Of a stretch of DNA of 64,000 bases, positions 37,310 to 49,568 are shown piece after piece. The notes below the pieces were generated by a model that was not told the DNA's origin, ran no database searches, and saw nothing but the letters and a program-made list of their open reading frames with translations. Each line of letters begins with the position of its first letter. Within the stretch, counting starts at the first letter, position 1. Origin of the DNA: Carcharhinus longimanus (Eukaryota); the NCBI GenBank assembly GCA_030264375.1, contig JASCQW010000133.1:5062671-5126670 (forward strand), given 5' to 3'. Both the position numbers and the translations under genes were made by a program.

Positions 37310-38352
37310 CAATTGTTTACGATTTACATAGATGATTTGGAGTTGGGGACAAAGTGTACTGTGTCAAAATACGCAGATGACACTAAGATGGGTGGAAGAG
37401 CAAAGTGTGCAGAGGATGCTGAAAGTCTGCAAAGGGATGTAGGTAGTCTAAGTGAGTGGGCAAGGGTCTGGCAGATGGAGTACAATGTTGGTAAATTTGA
37501 GATCATCCATTTTGGTAGGAATAACAGCAAAATGGACTATTATTTAAATGGTAAAAAATTGCAACATATTGCTGTGCAGAGGGACTTGGGTGTCCTTGTG
37601 CAGGAATCACAAGGAGCTGGTTTGCAGGTGCAGTATTAAGAAGGCAAGTAGAATTTTGTCCTTCATTGCTAGAGAGATGGAGTTTAAAAATTGCGAGGTT
37701 ATGTTATAGCTGTATAAGTTGCTGGTGAGGCCACATCTGGAGTACTGTGTACACTTTTAGTCTCGTTACTTTGAGATCGGNNNNNNNNNNNNNNNNNNNN
37801 NNNNNNNNNNNNNNNNNNNNNNNNNNNNNNNNNNNNNNNNNNNNNNNNNNNNNNNNNNNNNNNNNNNNNNNNNNNNNNNNNNNNNNNNNNNNNNNNNNNN
37901 NNNNNNNNNNNNNNNNNNNNNNNNNNNNNNNNNNNNNNNNNNNNNNNNNNNNNNNNNNNNNNNNNNNNNNNNNNNNNNNNNNNNNNNNNNNNNNNNNNNN
38001 NNNNNNNNNNNNNNNNNNNNNNNNNNNNNNNNNNNNNNNNNNNNNNNNNNNNNNNNNNNNNNNNNNNNNNNNNNNNNNNNNNNNNNNNNNNNNNNNNNNN
38101 NNNNNNNNNNNNNNNNNNNNNNNNNNNNNNNNNNNNNNNNNNNNNNNNNNNNNNNNNNNNNNNNNNNNNNNNNNNNNNNNNNNNNNNNNNNNNNNNNNNN
38201 NNNNNNNNNNNNNNNNNNNNNNNNNNNNNNNNNNNNNNNNNNNNNNNNNNNNNNNNNNNNNNNNNNNNNNNNNNNNNNNNNNNNNNNNNNNNNNNNNNNN
38301 NNNNNNNNNNNNNNNNNNNNNNNNNNNNNNNNNNNNNNNNNNNNNNNNNNNT
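37310..38352 (+). mobile_element. Young CR1/HER1 RT fragment, mostly gapped
   Basis: ORF 37313-37639 FTIYIDDLELG...KYADDTK...WQMEYNVGK...QRDLGVLV. Confidence 0.9.
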
Positions 38353-38795
38353 TAAGAAATAAATGCCAGTGTTTGGTTTGCATTTTTTTATGGCCTAGCG
38401 AACCTGGAGCACAACTTTTTAATGGTGGATGTATTTGTACTCCACGATCCCTTTGTTCTGTGGTTCTGTAGTTATCAGATCTGTGATGATGTCCAGGATT
38501 GTATTTCTACAGCTACCAGAAATGTGAATGTTGTCCAGAGTTTAATTCTCTAGTTGAAAGGTCTTTGAATGGGTATCCAGGGTTCTAGTTCTGTAATTAC
38601 TAGGTTTGCAAGTGGAGGTCAGGCACTAAAACACTGGTTGGTGAGTATGTCAGTGAAAGTTCAGAGCTCCAACACGAATTGCTGAATATGTATAAAATAG
38701 TACTGGACCTAATGCCTGGAAGATGTTAAACCCACGTTGCACTACTAACATTATTACATTATTAGTAGTACTAACATTTGATTGTTATCTCCCAG

Positions 38796-38991
38796 GCCAA
38801 ACCCAGCCGGATGCATTGTTCGCATTGTGATGACACCTACAGCTTACCCCAGAATGGAACCATCAAACTGTACAAAGAGCTCCGCTGTCCTCTGGATGAG
38901 NNNNNNNNNNGGTCATCTGGTTCCAGAGGGAAGAGCTACCCGCTATGTCCATATTGCTACAACCATCCACCGTTCCGTGATATGAGGAAAG
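38796..38991 (+). CDS. TOP3B: TOP3B coding exon 16 (AKPSRMHCSHC...CPLDE[gap]SSGSRGKSYPLCPYCYNHPPFRDMRK)
   Basis: CxxC pairs; 10-N gap at 38901-38910; CAG|...G|GTGAGA. Confidence 0.95.
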
Positions 38992-40005
38992 GTGAGAGCT
39001 GCCAAAACCAATGCTGACTTCACTCATTGGTTCATTTTGTGAATTTGTCACAAATAGAAAATAATTCTGCTTCTCCTGGTTTGTTTATTTTTATTTTGTT
39101 TTGTCGCTTCCTGAGCATGCTGACTCTTACTGTTGTGTAGGTATCATCAGTACCCAATCTTGTGGCCATTTTTAATTTGAGAGTGTAAACAGCGACTCGT
39201 GGCAGATGTTTGACTGTACTGAATGTCACAGTCTTCATCCACAAAAACTAACCTGTAGGAGTTATTGGAAAGCATTTCACCCCACCCTAGATCAGGGCTT
39301 CTGAAGCTGAGTATATTATCCACTTTCAGCACAAACAAGAGATCGATCCTAATACCTCCTGATTTGAATGGCTCAGTATCACACCATAGTGTTATCCCAC
39401 TGGGGAAGGTCTATCCACCCTCGCAAAAAGGAGTATCTATTATGCACACCTCCCCCCAACCTAATACATGACCAAACCTATAGCTCAATGTCCATAATCC
39501 AGAATGTAGGCACCAGCAAATTGAAATGTGTAGGTGCTGTGAGAAATCAGGAAATAGTGAATGATTAGAAGCATAGGCTTTCAAGAACAGAAAATTGCTT
39601 GTGGGAAAGCACACCTGTGGGGGCATGTTATGAGAATTCTACTCAAATAACCAAGTTACAGTGTGCTATTTTGAATTTGGCTGCAGTATGTAAATTGCAT
39701 ATAATTTGTGATTTATTTCTACAATATAATACTTTCCCACATTATACTAATGCAGCCTTTTGGCTTTAACCATTTAAAAGTATTCATTCTCCCCTGCCCA
39801 CCACAGCCTCCTGTATCCCGTCTGTTTCCAATACATCCCCAAACTCCTCTTCAGCCGTCATGCTTTGTCATTGTGCATCATTCTATTTAATGAACAGAGT
39901 TTGAATCCTATGAGTTCAGTGCTCAGGACTGGATGAAAAATATCTAGAAATGTCAGTGCGATATAGAAGATGTACCTCATGACAGAATTCTTTTTTTCCC
40001 CTCAG

Positions 40006-40493
40006 GAATGGGGTGTAATGAATGCACCCATCCAACATGTCAGCATTCACTAAGCCTGCTGGGGATTGTCCAGTGTGTGGAATGTGAAAGTGGTGTGCTT
40101 GTCTTTGACCCCACCTCGGGCCCCAAGTGGAAGATGGCTTGTAACAAATGCAACGTAGTGGTGCATTTCTTTGAAAATGCCCACAGAGTGAAGGTGTCAT
40201 CTGAAACTTGCGATGTGTGCGAGGCTGCAATTGTTGACGTGGACTTCAACAAAGCAAAGTCACCGCTACCTGGCGAAGCAACACAGCATTCAGGCTGTGT
40301 CTTCTGCGATACGGTGTTTCAGAACCTCGTTGAGCTGCAGTATGCCAAAATGAAGNNNNNNNNNNNNNNNNNNNNNNNNNNNNNNNNNNNNNNNNNNNNN
40401 NNNNNNNNNNNNNNNNNNNNNNGACCCCCAGGCAGGAACAATCCAAAGAAACCCAAAGACAAAATGGCTGCATTAGCTGCTTATTTTGTGTAG
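40006..40493 (+). CDS. TOP3B: TOP3B terminal coding exon 17 (MGCNECTHPTC...KDKMAALAAYFV*)
   Basis: Multiple CxxC; C-terminus matches vertebrate TOP3B (KDKMxALAAYFV); TAG 40491-40493; N gap 40356-40422 where the RGG box is expected. Confidence 0.97.
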
Positions 40494-41664
40494 GAGTTAA
40501 TAGGGTCTTGAACACCCCGTTGATATTAGTTGAGGAATTTGTGCTTTGTTTGTCCCTTGTTCCACTTTGTTTCTTTATTGATTTTAAACGAGTTGAACGA
40601 GCTTCCCAAATGGCTGAGCCAGAAAGTGCATGGCCAGTGCACAACTGAGCTGATTGGTAACAGCTATGCCAGCACTGAAAAACAGCCAGGGCAGGAATGG
40701 GGCCTAAGAGTTTCCTTTAGTCTATCTGAGTTGGGAAGGAAATGGTCACGAGTTCTTGTTATTCATTACAGTCCAGGAGTCATTGTATAATAGTACACCT
40801 TGTGAGTATCAGACAAGGATAGGATTGACCTTGGCAATGACACCCTGCACACTTGAATATACTGCCAACATCGATCATCTTGGCTCATGAGTGAAAAAGA
40901 ACCACACAGAGTATTTAAGACAAAGATTGTTTTAATCGTGTGCTGAAATTGGCATATTAAACGATAAATTTTTATAATGCACAGGAAATAATTCAGCCAT
41001 GGAAAAATTTTATAAAGCCCGCAGTGAAAACCATGAGAAACAAACTCCATCAACTTTGCTGGTTCACTGCAGAATTGATATCTATCCTGGATGCCAGACA
41101 TAGTAAGTTGGCATCATTTACAAAAGGTGAACACTGGAGAAGAGGCACTTCTGCAATCAATTTACAAACTAGAACACAAAATGAAATAGTTTAAACTTTT
41201 TTTTAGCAATATTAAAAAGTAAAGAAACACTTGTATTTATTTAGTGCCTTATCACATCTCTCAGAAACATTCAAAGTATTTCACACACAATTACTTGAAG
41301 TGTAGGAATTCTGGAAATCTGAAATCAAAAGAAAAAATGTACAGCAAATCAGTTAGTATCCAAAGGAAAGGTTAAAAGATTTCAATGAATGTTCACATGC
41401 CTATTGTTCTTCAACATTGATTAAGCTGCTATGAATTTCCAGCACTTTCTGGTTTTACGAATATTCAGTCTGTGTTTGTTTTCCTAATGGTTGTTTCATT
41501 CAAATGTTGGGATATGATAAAAAATTTGAAGTTTCTCTGGCTTTGAATTGCCTGTAAGATCCACAGCATCTTTGAAATCTCTCCATTTTTGGGAGAGTGT
41601 CCTGATGATGGTTGTGCAGTCAGTCAGAAGGAAATCTCTGACAGATCTTTATTCTGGAGCTCTG

Positions 41665-42100
41665 AATAAACTGGAAATGTTTTACATTTACATTAGACTT
41701 TTACTCTTTTTAGTCTTCCAGTTACAAACACGTGAAAAGGACAATGTGTAGTGTCCAAGTTCATTTCATTTTTGGTGTTATCTTCCCATTTTTTAATGCA
41801 AAATATTATATTTAATATAACAATGCCTTTAGAAACATGGAGAACTGTCCAAGAGAAGGATGCCAGCTTTCCTTATGATGAAACAAATAAAATTAAACAG
41901 AGCATAGAATGACAGTGTTGTAGAAGAGGTGATATCTACAAAAGAACCATTCTGTTAGTAAATCTGAGGCATAATACAAACAGGCACTGATTACTGTGGG
42001 TACATGTGTACATCTGGACAGTTATAATACAAATTGTTATCTCCTTCAATTATTCAAATAAACAGATCTGTATTCATGTGTATTTGCAACATTCTCTTTT
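41665..42100 (+). terminator. Candidate TOP3B polyadenylation signals (AATAAA at 41665, 41886, 42057)
   Basis: Three canonical hexamers 1.2-1.6 kb after the stop; the 42057 site is followed by TG/T-rich sequence. The site actually used is unknown. Confidence 0.45.
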
Positions 42101-43429
42101 TAATCCTTATCTTGTCTTTATCACTGTTTTCCGAGAAATTTGAGCAGGATTGATCGATTTTCCTCAACTGTGGACACCTTTTAGCTGTTGGGTTGAGCTG
42201 TGAAGCCCTGTTGTATAGTTATGCAGTTCCTCTGTGACAATTTGTTTTGAGCTGGCGAGGGACTATGTATGGTTTGCTGCTAGACCAACACTCCTAATTG
42301 ACTGCCATTGAAATTATTTGCAATCAGGTTCGGATGACTATCGGCCCTGACATTTTATTCTGAGATAATATAGTCTGATGTTCACTAAATTTTGCCAGTG
42401 GTCATGATAACAAATTGGTTTGCTCAAGGGCAACTTTTAGTGCTGTAATACATGAATACCAGAACCCCAAGGTATATAATAAAGCCAAACTAGACTCCAA
42501 TTTTTCTATTTTGGCATAAATGTGAGGGTAGGATGTTTCGCTCCAGGAGTAATTACACTGACAAATTAGGGATCTTTTATAGTACAACAAACTTATGTTT
42601 AAACTGTGAAGTCTAACAAATTAAGCAACTTAACTATTAACAGTAGAACAACATTTAAATGAAAAGGAAACAACTTTAATTTCTAACTTATCACTGTTTC
42701 AGTTCTACATAGGCAATATCCCTCTTATAGACTTAAATGCACTTTAAATACAGTTAATCATAAATATAATTGCTATGAGCGTAGACAGTCTTGAAGCTTT
42801 AAGAGAAAATAAGCTTGAGCAGCTTTCAGAAGCATCTGTCTTCAAATAATTCTCAGCTGGAACTAACCACTTTTTGCAAAAGCTTTTTCCTTTCTGCTAT
42901 AAACCAAGTCTGCTCAAGCCACATCACATGACCCTGTCGACTACTCATCAGAAATCCCAAAAGAACTGAAGTAAACAAAAGTCCATTAGCTCTACTTAAA
43001 CACTTGCAAGGTTGAAATTAGTAATTATCCTGCTCAGCCAAAATCTGAACTGTTCCTTATTGATGGTATGAACCATTTTGAACTAACTGTGCAGGGGAAG
43101 TATTAAGTGTAATAATGCCCTAACTTTGCNNNNNNNNNNNNNNNNNNNNNNNNNNNNNNNNNNNNNNNNNNNNNNNNNNNNNNNNNNNNNNNNNNNNNNN
43201 NNNNNNNNNNNNNNNNNNNNNNNNNNNNNTCTTATTGAATGGCGGGGCAGGCTCGAAGGGCTAGATAGCCTACTCCTGCTCCTATTTCTTATGTTCTTAT
43301 GTTCCCACCAAACATACTGACTGCCTGTAGCACATAACTTAATTTTTATACATTCCCCATTGCACTAACATCACACTAGCCTACCTTTGTGTTATCTTAT
43401 TTTTATGCCTGCAGTGGCTGTTTTTGATG

Positions 43430-43763
43430 CATAGAATCACAGAAGAACCCTACAGTGCAGAGACGCCCTTCAGCCCAACATGTCTGCATCAAACACAATC
43501 CCACCCAGGCTCTACCCCCATATCATACCCACTAATCCCTCTAATCTACGTATCCCTGGATACTAAGGGGCAATTTCTTAGCATAGCCAATCAAAATAAC
43601 CCGCACATCTTTGGACTGTGGGAGGAAACCAGAGCACCCAGAGGAAATCCACACAGACATGAGGAGAATGTGCAAACTCCACACAGACAGTGACCTGAGC
43701 CGGGAATCGAAGCCAGGACCCTAGAGCTGTGAAGCAGCAGTGCTAACCACTGTGCTACCATGC
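43430..43763 (-). mobile_element. V-SINE (HE1-like)
   Basis: GAGGAGAATGTGCAAACTCCACACAGACAGTGACC...GGGAATCGAA...CAGCAGTGCTAACCACTGTGCTACC. Confidence 0.85.
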
Positions 43764-44210
43764 CTATCTCATGACCTTACTGCAACAGTCACAGAAGACT
43801 TTGTATCTGAACAGTGCTTTTAATGTAGAAAAAGTGCTGTGATGTTTCAGAGAGGCATAAGGGAAAAAATGGAGAATGGGCCTGTTGTGCGATAATTCTA
43901 TTACCAACAGATTTCAAGCTTTATTCCAATCATACAAAGGAAGAGACAGTCTGAGGCAATCCAAAACTGACTGAAGATTAACAAAAGGCATTATTTATAC
44001 ACAGTCACGTACTTACCATTAATCTTGTTACTTATAATCAGGTGCAAAACATATGTCTCAGACTCTAGTTACTTGTTTCCTGAGAGTGTACCCATTAGGC
44101 ATTGTTCTCACAAGTGGAGGCCCCATATCTTGCCCCTAGCCTTGTGCTCCTGCATCCTGTAGTTTTGATTCTTTTTTTATCTTGCAAGGCACATCTGCCA
44201 CCTGCCAGTT

Positions 44211-44455
44211 CTGCCTTTCCCTGCTTGGTGGTTTATTTTGCTAAAAGATACTTTTCAACTAATTTCTTATCCTGATTAGAACAGCATACATGCTATTCAT
44301 CAGTCTTGCTTTCCCTGCTTGTGATTTTTAATATCCTGCTTTTCCCTGCTTGGGTCTTTTTTTAGTCCTCTCTTGCTCTGCTTGGAGTTTTATTATTCTG
44401 CTTTTCCCTGCTTGGGGTTTTATTTTGCTAAAGGATATTTTTCAATTTAATTTGT
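44211..44455. repeat. Degenerate minisatellite, core CTGCTTTTCCCTGCTTGG x about 5
   Basis: Cores at about 44211, 44306, 44336, 44373, 44398; first and last share a further about 35 bp (TTTATTTTGCTAAA.GATA.TTTTCAA). Confidence 0.7.
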
Positions 44456-46099
44456 TTAACCCTTTCAAGCCAAAGGAGAGCATTGGGAGGGATAACTAGA
44501 AACTTGGTCAATGAGATGGGTTTTCAGGAAACTCCTAAAGAAGGCAGAGTGAATGATGGAACAGAGTGAATAGTGGAACTGAGCCATGACAGATCAGCCA
44601 TGATCTTATTGAATGGCGGGGCAGGCTCGAAGGGCCAGATGGCCTACNNNNNNNNNNNNNNNNNNNNNNNNNNNNNNNNNNNNNNNNNNNNNNNNNNNNN
44701 NNNNNNNNNNNNNNNNNNNNNNNNNNNNNNNNNNNNNNNNNNNNNNNNNNNNNNNNNNNNNNNNNNNNNNNNNNNNNNNNNNNNNNNNNNNNNNNNNNNN
44801 NNNNNNNNNNNNNNNNNNNNNNNNNNNNNNNNNNNNNNNNNNNNNNNNNNNNNNNNNNNNNNNNNNNNNNNNNNNNNNNNNNNNNNNNNNNNNNNNNNNN
44901 NNNNNNNNNNNNNNNNNNNNNNNNNNNNNNNNNNNNNNNNNNNNNNNNNNNNNNNNNNNNNNNNNNNNNNNNNNNNNNNNNNNNNNNNNNNNNNNNNNNN
45001 NNNNNNNNNNNNNNNNNNNNNNNNNNNNNNNNNNNNNNNNNNNNNNNNNNNNNNNNNNNNNNNNNNNNNNNNNNNNNNNNNNNNNNNNNNNNNNNNNNNN
45101 NNNNNNNNNNNNNNNNNNNNNNNNNNNNNNNNNTCCCTAAATTAGTCTCCCCTCAATCTGGTTTCCAATGTGGAGTGCCATAAGCGTAGACAAAGGTCAT
45201 GGGTGGAAGAAGGAACTCACAATGTTAAAATGGCGGCGCGGGCTCGTTGGGCCTGTTTCCCGAGCTGTTGTTCTTTGTTCTTTGTTATCATGATATCTCA
45301 CAGCCCAATCAGCTGATGTACAACCCTTTCACTAAATTTAGATCATGCAAATTAACTCAATAAATGTACTCCATTCACAGACCATTAGAGCATTCAATGT
45401 AAATTGGGTGCCATGCACTTGGACATACTAGACATCATCTTTTTGGGCATGTCATGTATCCTGAAGCTTCATGGTAACTGTGCCTAATAAGCTGTTTTTC
45501 ATTCATTTATGGGATGTGGGTGTCGTGGGCTGGGCCAGCATTCATTGCTCATTCCCAACTGTCCTCCATTCTTGAGGGCATTTGAGAGTCAACCACACTG
45601 TCGTGGGTCTAGAATCTCATGTAGGCCTGACCAGGTAAGGACAGTAGATTTCCTTCCCTAAAGAACATTAGTGAATCAGATGGGTCTTTTATGACAATGA
45701 GCAATGGTTTCATGGTCATCATTAGGCTTTTAATTGAATTCAAATTTCACCATCTGCTGTGATGAGATTTGAATCCGGGTCCCTAGAACTTGCCCAGGGT
45801 CCCTGAATTACTAATCCAGCAACAATACCTGTATGCCACTATCTTCCCACAGTCAAGGAAAATTTCTCCACTGACATTAATGTAGAATCAAGGGAAACAA
45901 CATGGTTGACTGTGGCTTTGGAGAAAGTATCCACTGAGGTTTCTGACTTCCCTGGATCCATGTAGCCTAAAGAAAAAGTGTTTTCTTTCCTTAAAAAGAG
46001 TCTCTGCTGAAAGTCATTCATGGACAATTTAAAGTTATTTAATGGATAACTTTAGTGCAGCCAGCTAAACCCAACTATAGACAAAATTATTAACAATAG

Positions 46100-47295
46100 A
46101 TGTCTATATAGATGATTGGCATGTGGGAGGCTTTCAAGTATAAGTTGCTAGGGATTCAGAACTGGCACATTCCTGTAAGGATCAAGGATAAGTATGGCAA
46201 GTTTTGGGAACCTCAGATAACGAGAGATATTGTGAGCCTAGTCAAAGAGAAGGAGGAAGCATTTGTCAAGGCTAGGAGGCTGGGAACACACAAAGCAAGT
46301 GTGGAATACAAGGAAATTAGAAACTTAAGCAAAGTGTAAGGAGGGCTAAANNNNNNNNNNNNNNNNNNNNNNNNNNNNNNNNNNNNNNNNNNNNNNNNNN
46401 NNNNNNNNNNNNNNNNNNNNNNNNNNNNNNNNNNNNNNNNNNNNNNNNNNNNNNNNNNNNNNNNNNNNNNNNNNNNNNNNNNNNNNNNNNNNNNNNNNNN
46501 NNNNNNNNNNNNNNNNNNNNNNNNNNNNNNNNNNNNNNNNNNNNNNNNNNNNNNNNNNNNNNNNNNNNNNNNNNNNNNNNNNNNNNNNNNNNNNNNNNNN
46601 NNNNNNNNNNNNNNNNNNNNNNNNNNNNNNNNNNNNNNNNNNNNNNNNNNNNNNNNNNNNNNNNNNNNNNNNNNNNNNNNNNNNNNNNNNNNNNNNNNNN
46701 NNNNNNNNNNNNNNNNNNNNNNNNNNNNNNNNNNNNNNNNNNNNNNNNNNNNNNNNNNNNNNNNNNNNNNNNNNNNNNNNNNNNNNNNNNNNNNNNNNNN
46801 NNNNNNNNNNNNNNNNNNNNNNNNNNNNNNNNNNNNNNNNNNNNNNNNNNNNNNNNNNNNNNNNNNNNNNNNNNNNNNNNNNNNNNNNNNNNNNNNNNNN
46901 NNNNNNNNNNNNNNNNNNNNNNNNNNNNNNNNNNNNNNNNNNNNNNNNNNNNNNNNNNNNNNNNNNNNNNNNNNNNNNNNNNNNNNNNNNNNNNNNNNNN
47001 NNNNNNNNNNNNNNNNNNNNNNNNNNNNNNNNNNNNNNNNNNNNNNNNNNNNNNNNNNNNNNNNNNNNNNNNNNNNNNNNNNNNNNNNNNNNNNNNNNNN
47101 NNNNNNNNNNNNNNNNNNNNNNNNNNNNNNNNNNNNNNNNNNNNNNNNGATATCTTGACAAATACATGAATAGGATGGGAATAGAGAGATACGGTCCCTG
47201 GAATGGTAGGGGGTTTTAGTTAAGTCGGGCAGCATGGTTGGTGCAGGCTTGGAGGGCCAAAGGCTGTTCCTGTGCTGTAATTTTCTTTGTTCTTA
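46100..47295 (+). mobile_element. CR1 LINE, mostly in a gap
   Basis: MWEAFK...IPVRIK...EPQITRDIVSLVKEKEEAF (CR1 ORF2 segment); 3' tail TTTTCTTTGTTC. Confidence 0.75.
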
Positions 47296-47299
47296 GTTA

Positions 47300-49355
47300 A
47301 GTTGGGTATTTTGACAATCTCAGCGGAACTGAAGAGTGTTATGAGGGGTTGTGGTTTAATTCCACCTGGAAGGGCAGCATATTGGGTATTCAGAAAAGTG
47401 TTCAACACCCATGTAATGGCCAGTGCCTCTGTCTCAATAGTGGCATACCTTCATTTGGTTTCCATGAGGACTCTAGAAGCTAAAAAATAGGCTTTCTATC
47501 CCCTTTCTTTTGCAGCTGGATGAACAGTGCTGAGGCCAGTGGCGGAAGCATCAACTGTGATAATGGTTGGCATGGACATCTGAATAGGCTAATTATTCTT
47601 TAATGGATTGAAAGACCTTGAGTTGTTCAGTGCCCCAGAACCATTATTGGCCCATTTTCAGGAAGTCTCTTGAGGTTCCCTTGACTGCGGCTAAGTTAGA
47701 ATTAAACTTCCCCACCTGGTTTACCATCCCAAGGAAACATTGACTATCGATGATGCACATTGGTTATGGAAACTCAGTAATGGTCTTTGTTTTCTGAGGA
47801 TCGACTATAATACCATGTCAGTGGTTGATGTATTCTAGGGATTTTATGTGGATCTGGTGAACACTCATTTGCTGTTCAGCCTGAGGCCTTCTTTCTGGAG
47901 AGCCTTAAGGTCCTCTCTTAGTCTATGGCTACGTTCTGCTCTTAAGAACAACAAAGAACCCAAAGAACAATACAGCACAGGAACAAGCCCTTCGGCCCAC
48001 CAAGCCTGTGCCGATCTCATTTACTCATCTAAACGAACCGCTTATATCCCTCTATTCCCCGTTTGTTCATATGCTTATCAAGACGAGTCTTAAATGTGGC
48101 TAACGTGACTGCCTCAACCACCTCAGTTGGCTGTGCATTCCAGGCTCCCACCACCCTCTGTGTAAAAACCTTCCCCTACACATCTCCACTGAACCTTTTC
48201 CCCCTTATCTTTATCTTGTGCCTCCTTGTAATTGTCATTTCTGCCCTGGGGGAAAGAGCTTCCAACTGTTCACCCTATCTATACCCCTCATAATTTTATA
48301 AACTTCCATCAGGTCGCCCCCTCAGCCTCCATCTTTCCAGGGAGAATAATCTCAGTTTATTCAATCTCTCCTCATAGCTAATACCCTCCATACCAAGCAA
48401 CATCCTGGTAAACCTTTTCTGCTCTCTCTCCAAAGCCTCCATGTCCTTCTGGTAGTGTGGTGACCAGAATTGGACACAGTATTTCAAACATGGCCTAACC
48501 AATGTCTTATACAGCCGCAACATAATTTGCCAACTTTTATACTCGATGCCCCAGCCAATGAAGGGAAGCATGCCATGAAGTTTCTTCATCAACTTTTTCA
48601 CCTGTGCTGCCACTTTTAAGGATTGGTGGACCTGCACGCCCAGATCTCTCTGTGTGTCTATGTTCCTGACTGTTCTGACATTTATTTCATAGCTCATGTA
48701 GAACTCTGTATGAGAATTTTGGCCACCTGATAGTTAACACCATTTTTTTGCCCTTAAAGATTTTTGACATGGTACATTGGAATATCTCAGGGGTAGACTG
48801 AACGCTGAAAGGGAGGCAGTTAAAGAAAAAATGACCAAAGGCATGATAAAGGTCATCAGTAGTCTAGATTCCTTGTCAAAGGATGTTTGCTAAAACCCAC
48901 TGTTTGTATCAGGTTTGTAAAGGATACTATTGGCAAGCTTGACCAAACCATTGTCTACTGAAGCCAATGGGTGGACTTCTCCCTATCCTGCTTCATTACG
49001 TTGCATAAGAGCCACACAAAGTTGGAGGTGGCTACTGAGCTTAAGAACGGTGACTGGACCAATAGATTAATCGGTGACCGAGGAAATAATGTCCCTGTGT
49101 AACATATGGTTGATTTCCGGCTTAACCTTTTTCAATAAGGGTGTAGTACACCCCAGAGGCGAAAAGACACAGTGGCAAGGCATTTGGAAGCAGTGAAACA
49201 CTCTATCCAATTTTCCACTTCCCTGTGCCTTAGAAAAAGTTTTGCCATTTCCAGTTGGAATGTGACTGTGGGGTCCAATGGAAGAACCTCATTGTCTTTC
49301 TATATGCTGCCTCACTGTGTATGTGCATTCCTGCTAAGTAGGGAAATGCCTTGAA
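47300..49355 (-). mobile_element. Decayed Ty3/Gypsy pol (RT + RNase H), split by a CR1 insertion
   Basis: Minus strand: DKESRLLMTFIMP/FGHFFFNCLPF..STPEIFQCTMSKI; LQKEGLRLNSK; FLGMVNQ; DASATGL; RYATIETEALAITW. Confidence 0.8.
47945..48692 (-). mobile_element. CR1 3' fragment nested in Gypsy RT
   Basis: ORF 48296-48697(-) QRDLGVQVH...LYKTLVRPCLKYCVQFWSPH...LFSLERWRLRG; (CAAAGAA)n tail. Confidence 0.9.
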
Positions 49356-49568
49356 GAGGTGGTGGCCCAGTGGTATTGCTGCTGGCCTAGTAATCCAGAT
49401 ACCCAGGATCATACTCTGTGGACCTGTGTTTAAATCCCATCATAGCAGGTGGTAGAATGTGAATTCAATAAAAAAGTTCTGGAATTAAAATTCTGATTAT
49501 GACTATGAATGAATTGTTGTAAAAACCCATCTGGTCCATTAATGTCCTTGAGGGAAAGAAGTTAAATT

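Noticed and set aside
42400-43110. Solo LTR (also considered 59070-59640)
   Set aside because: Composition is suggestive but no TSD, PBS or second copy is visible
32201-47235. Long ORFs made mostly of X (32201, 37747, 44573, 46213 etc.)
   Set aside because: Artefacts of N gaps
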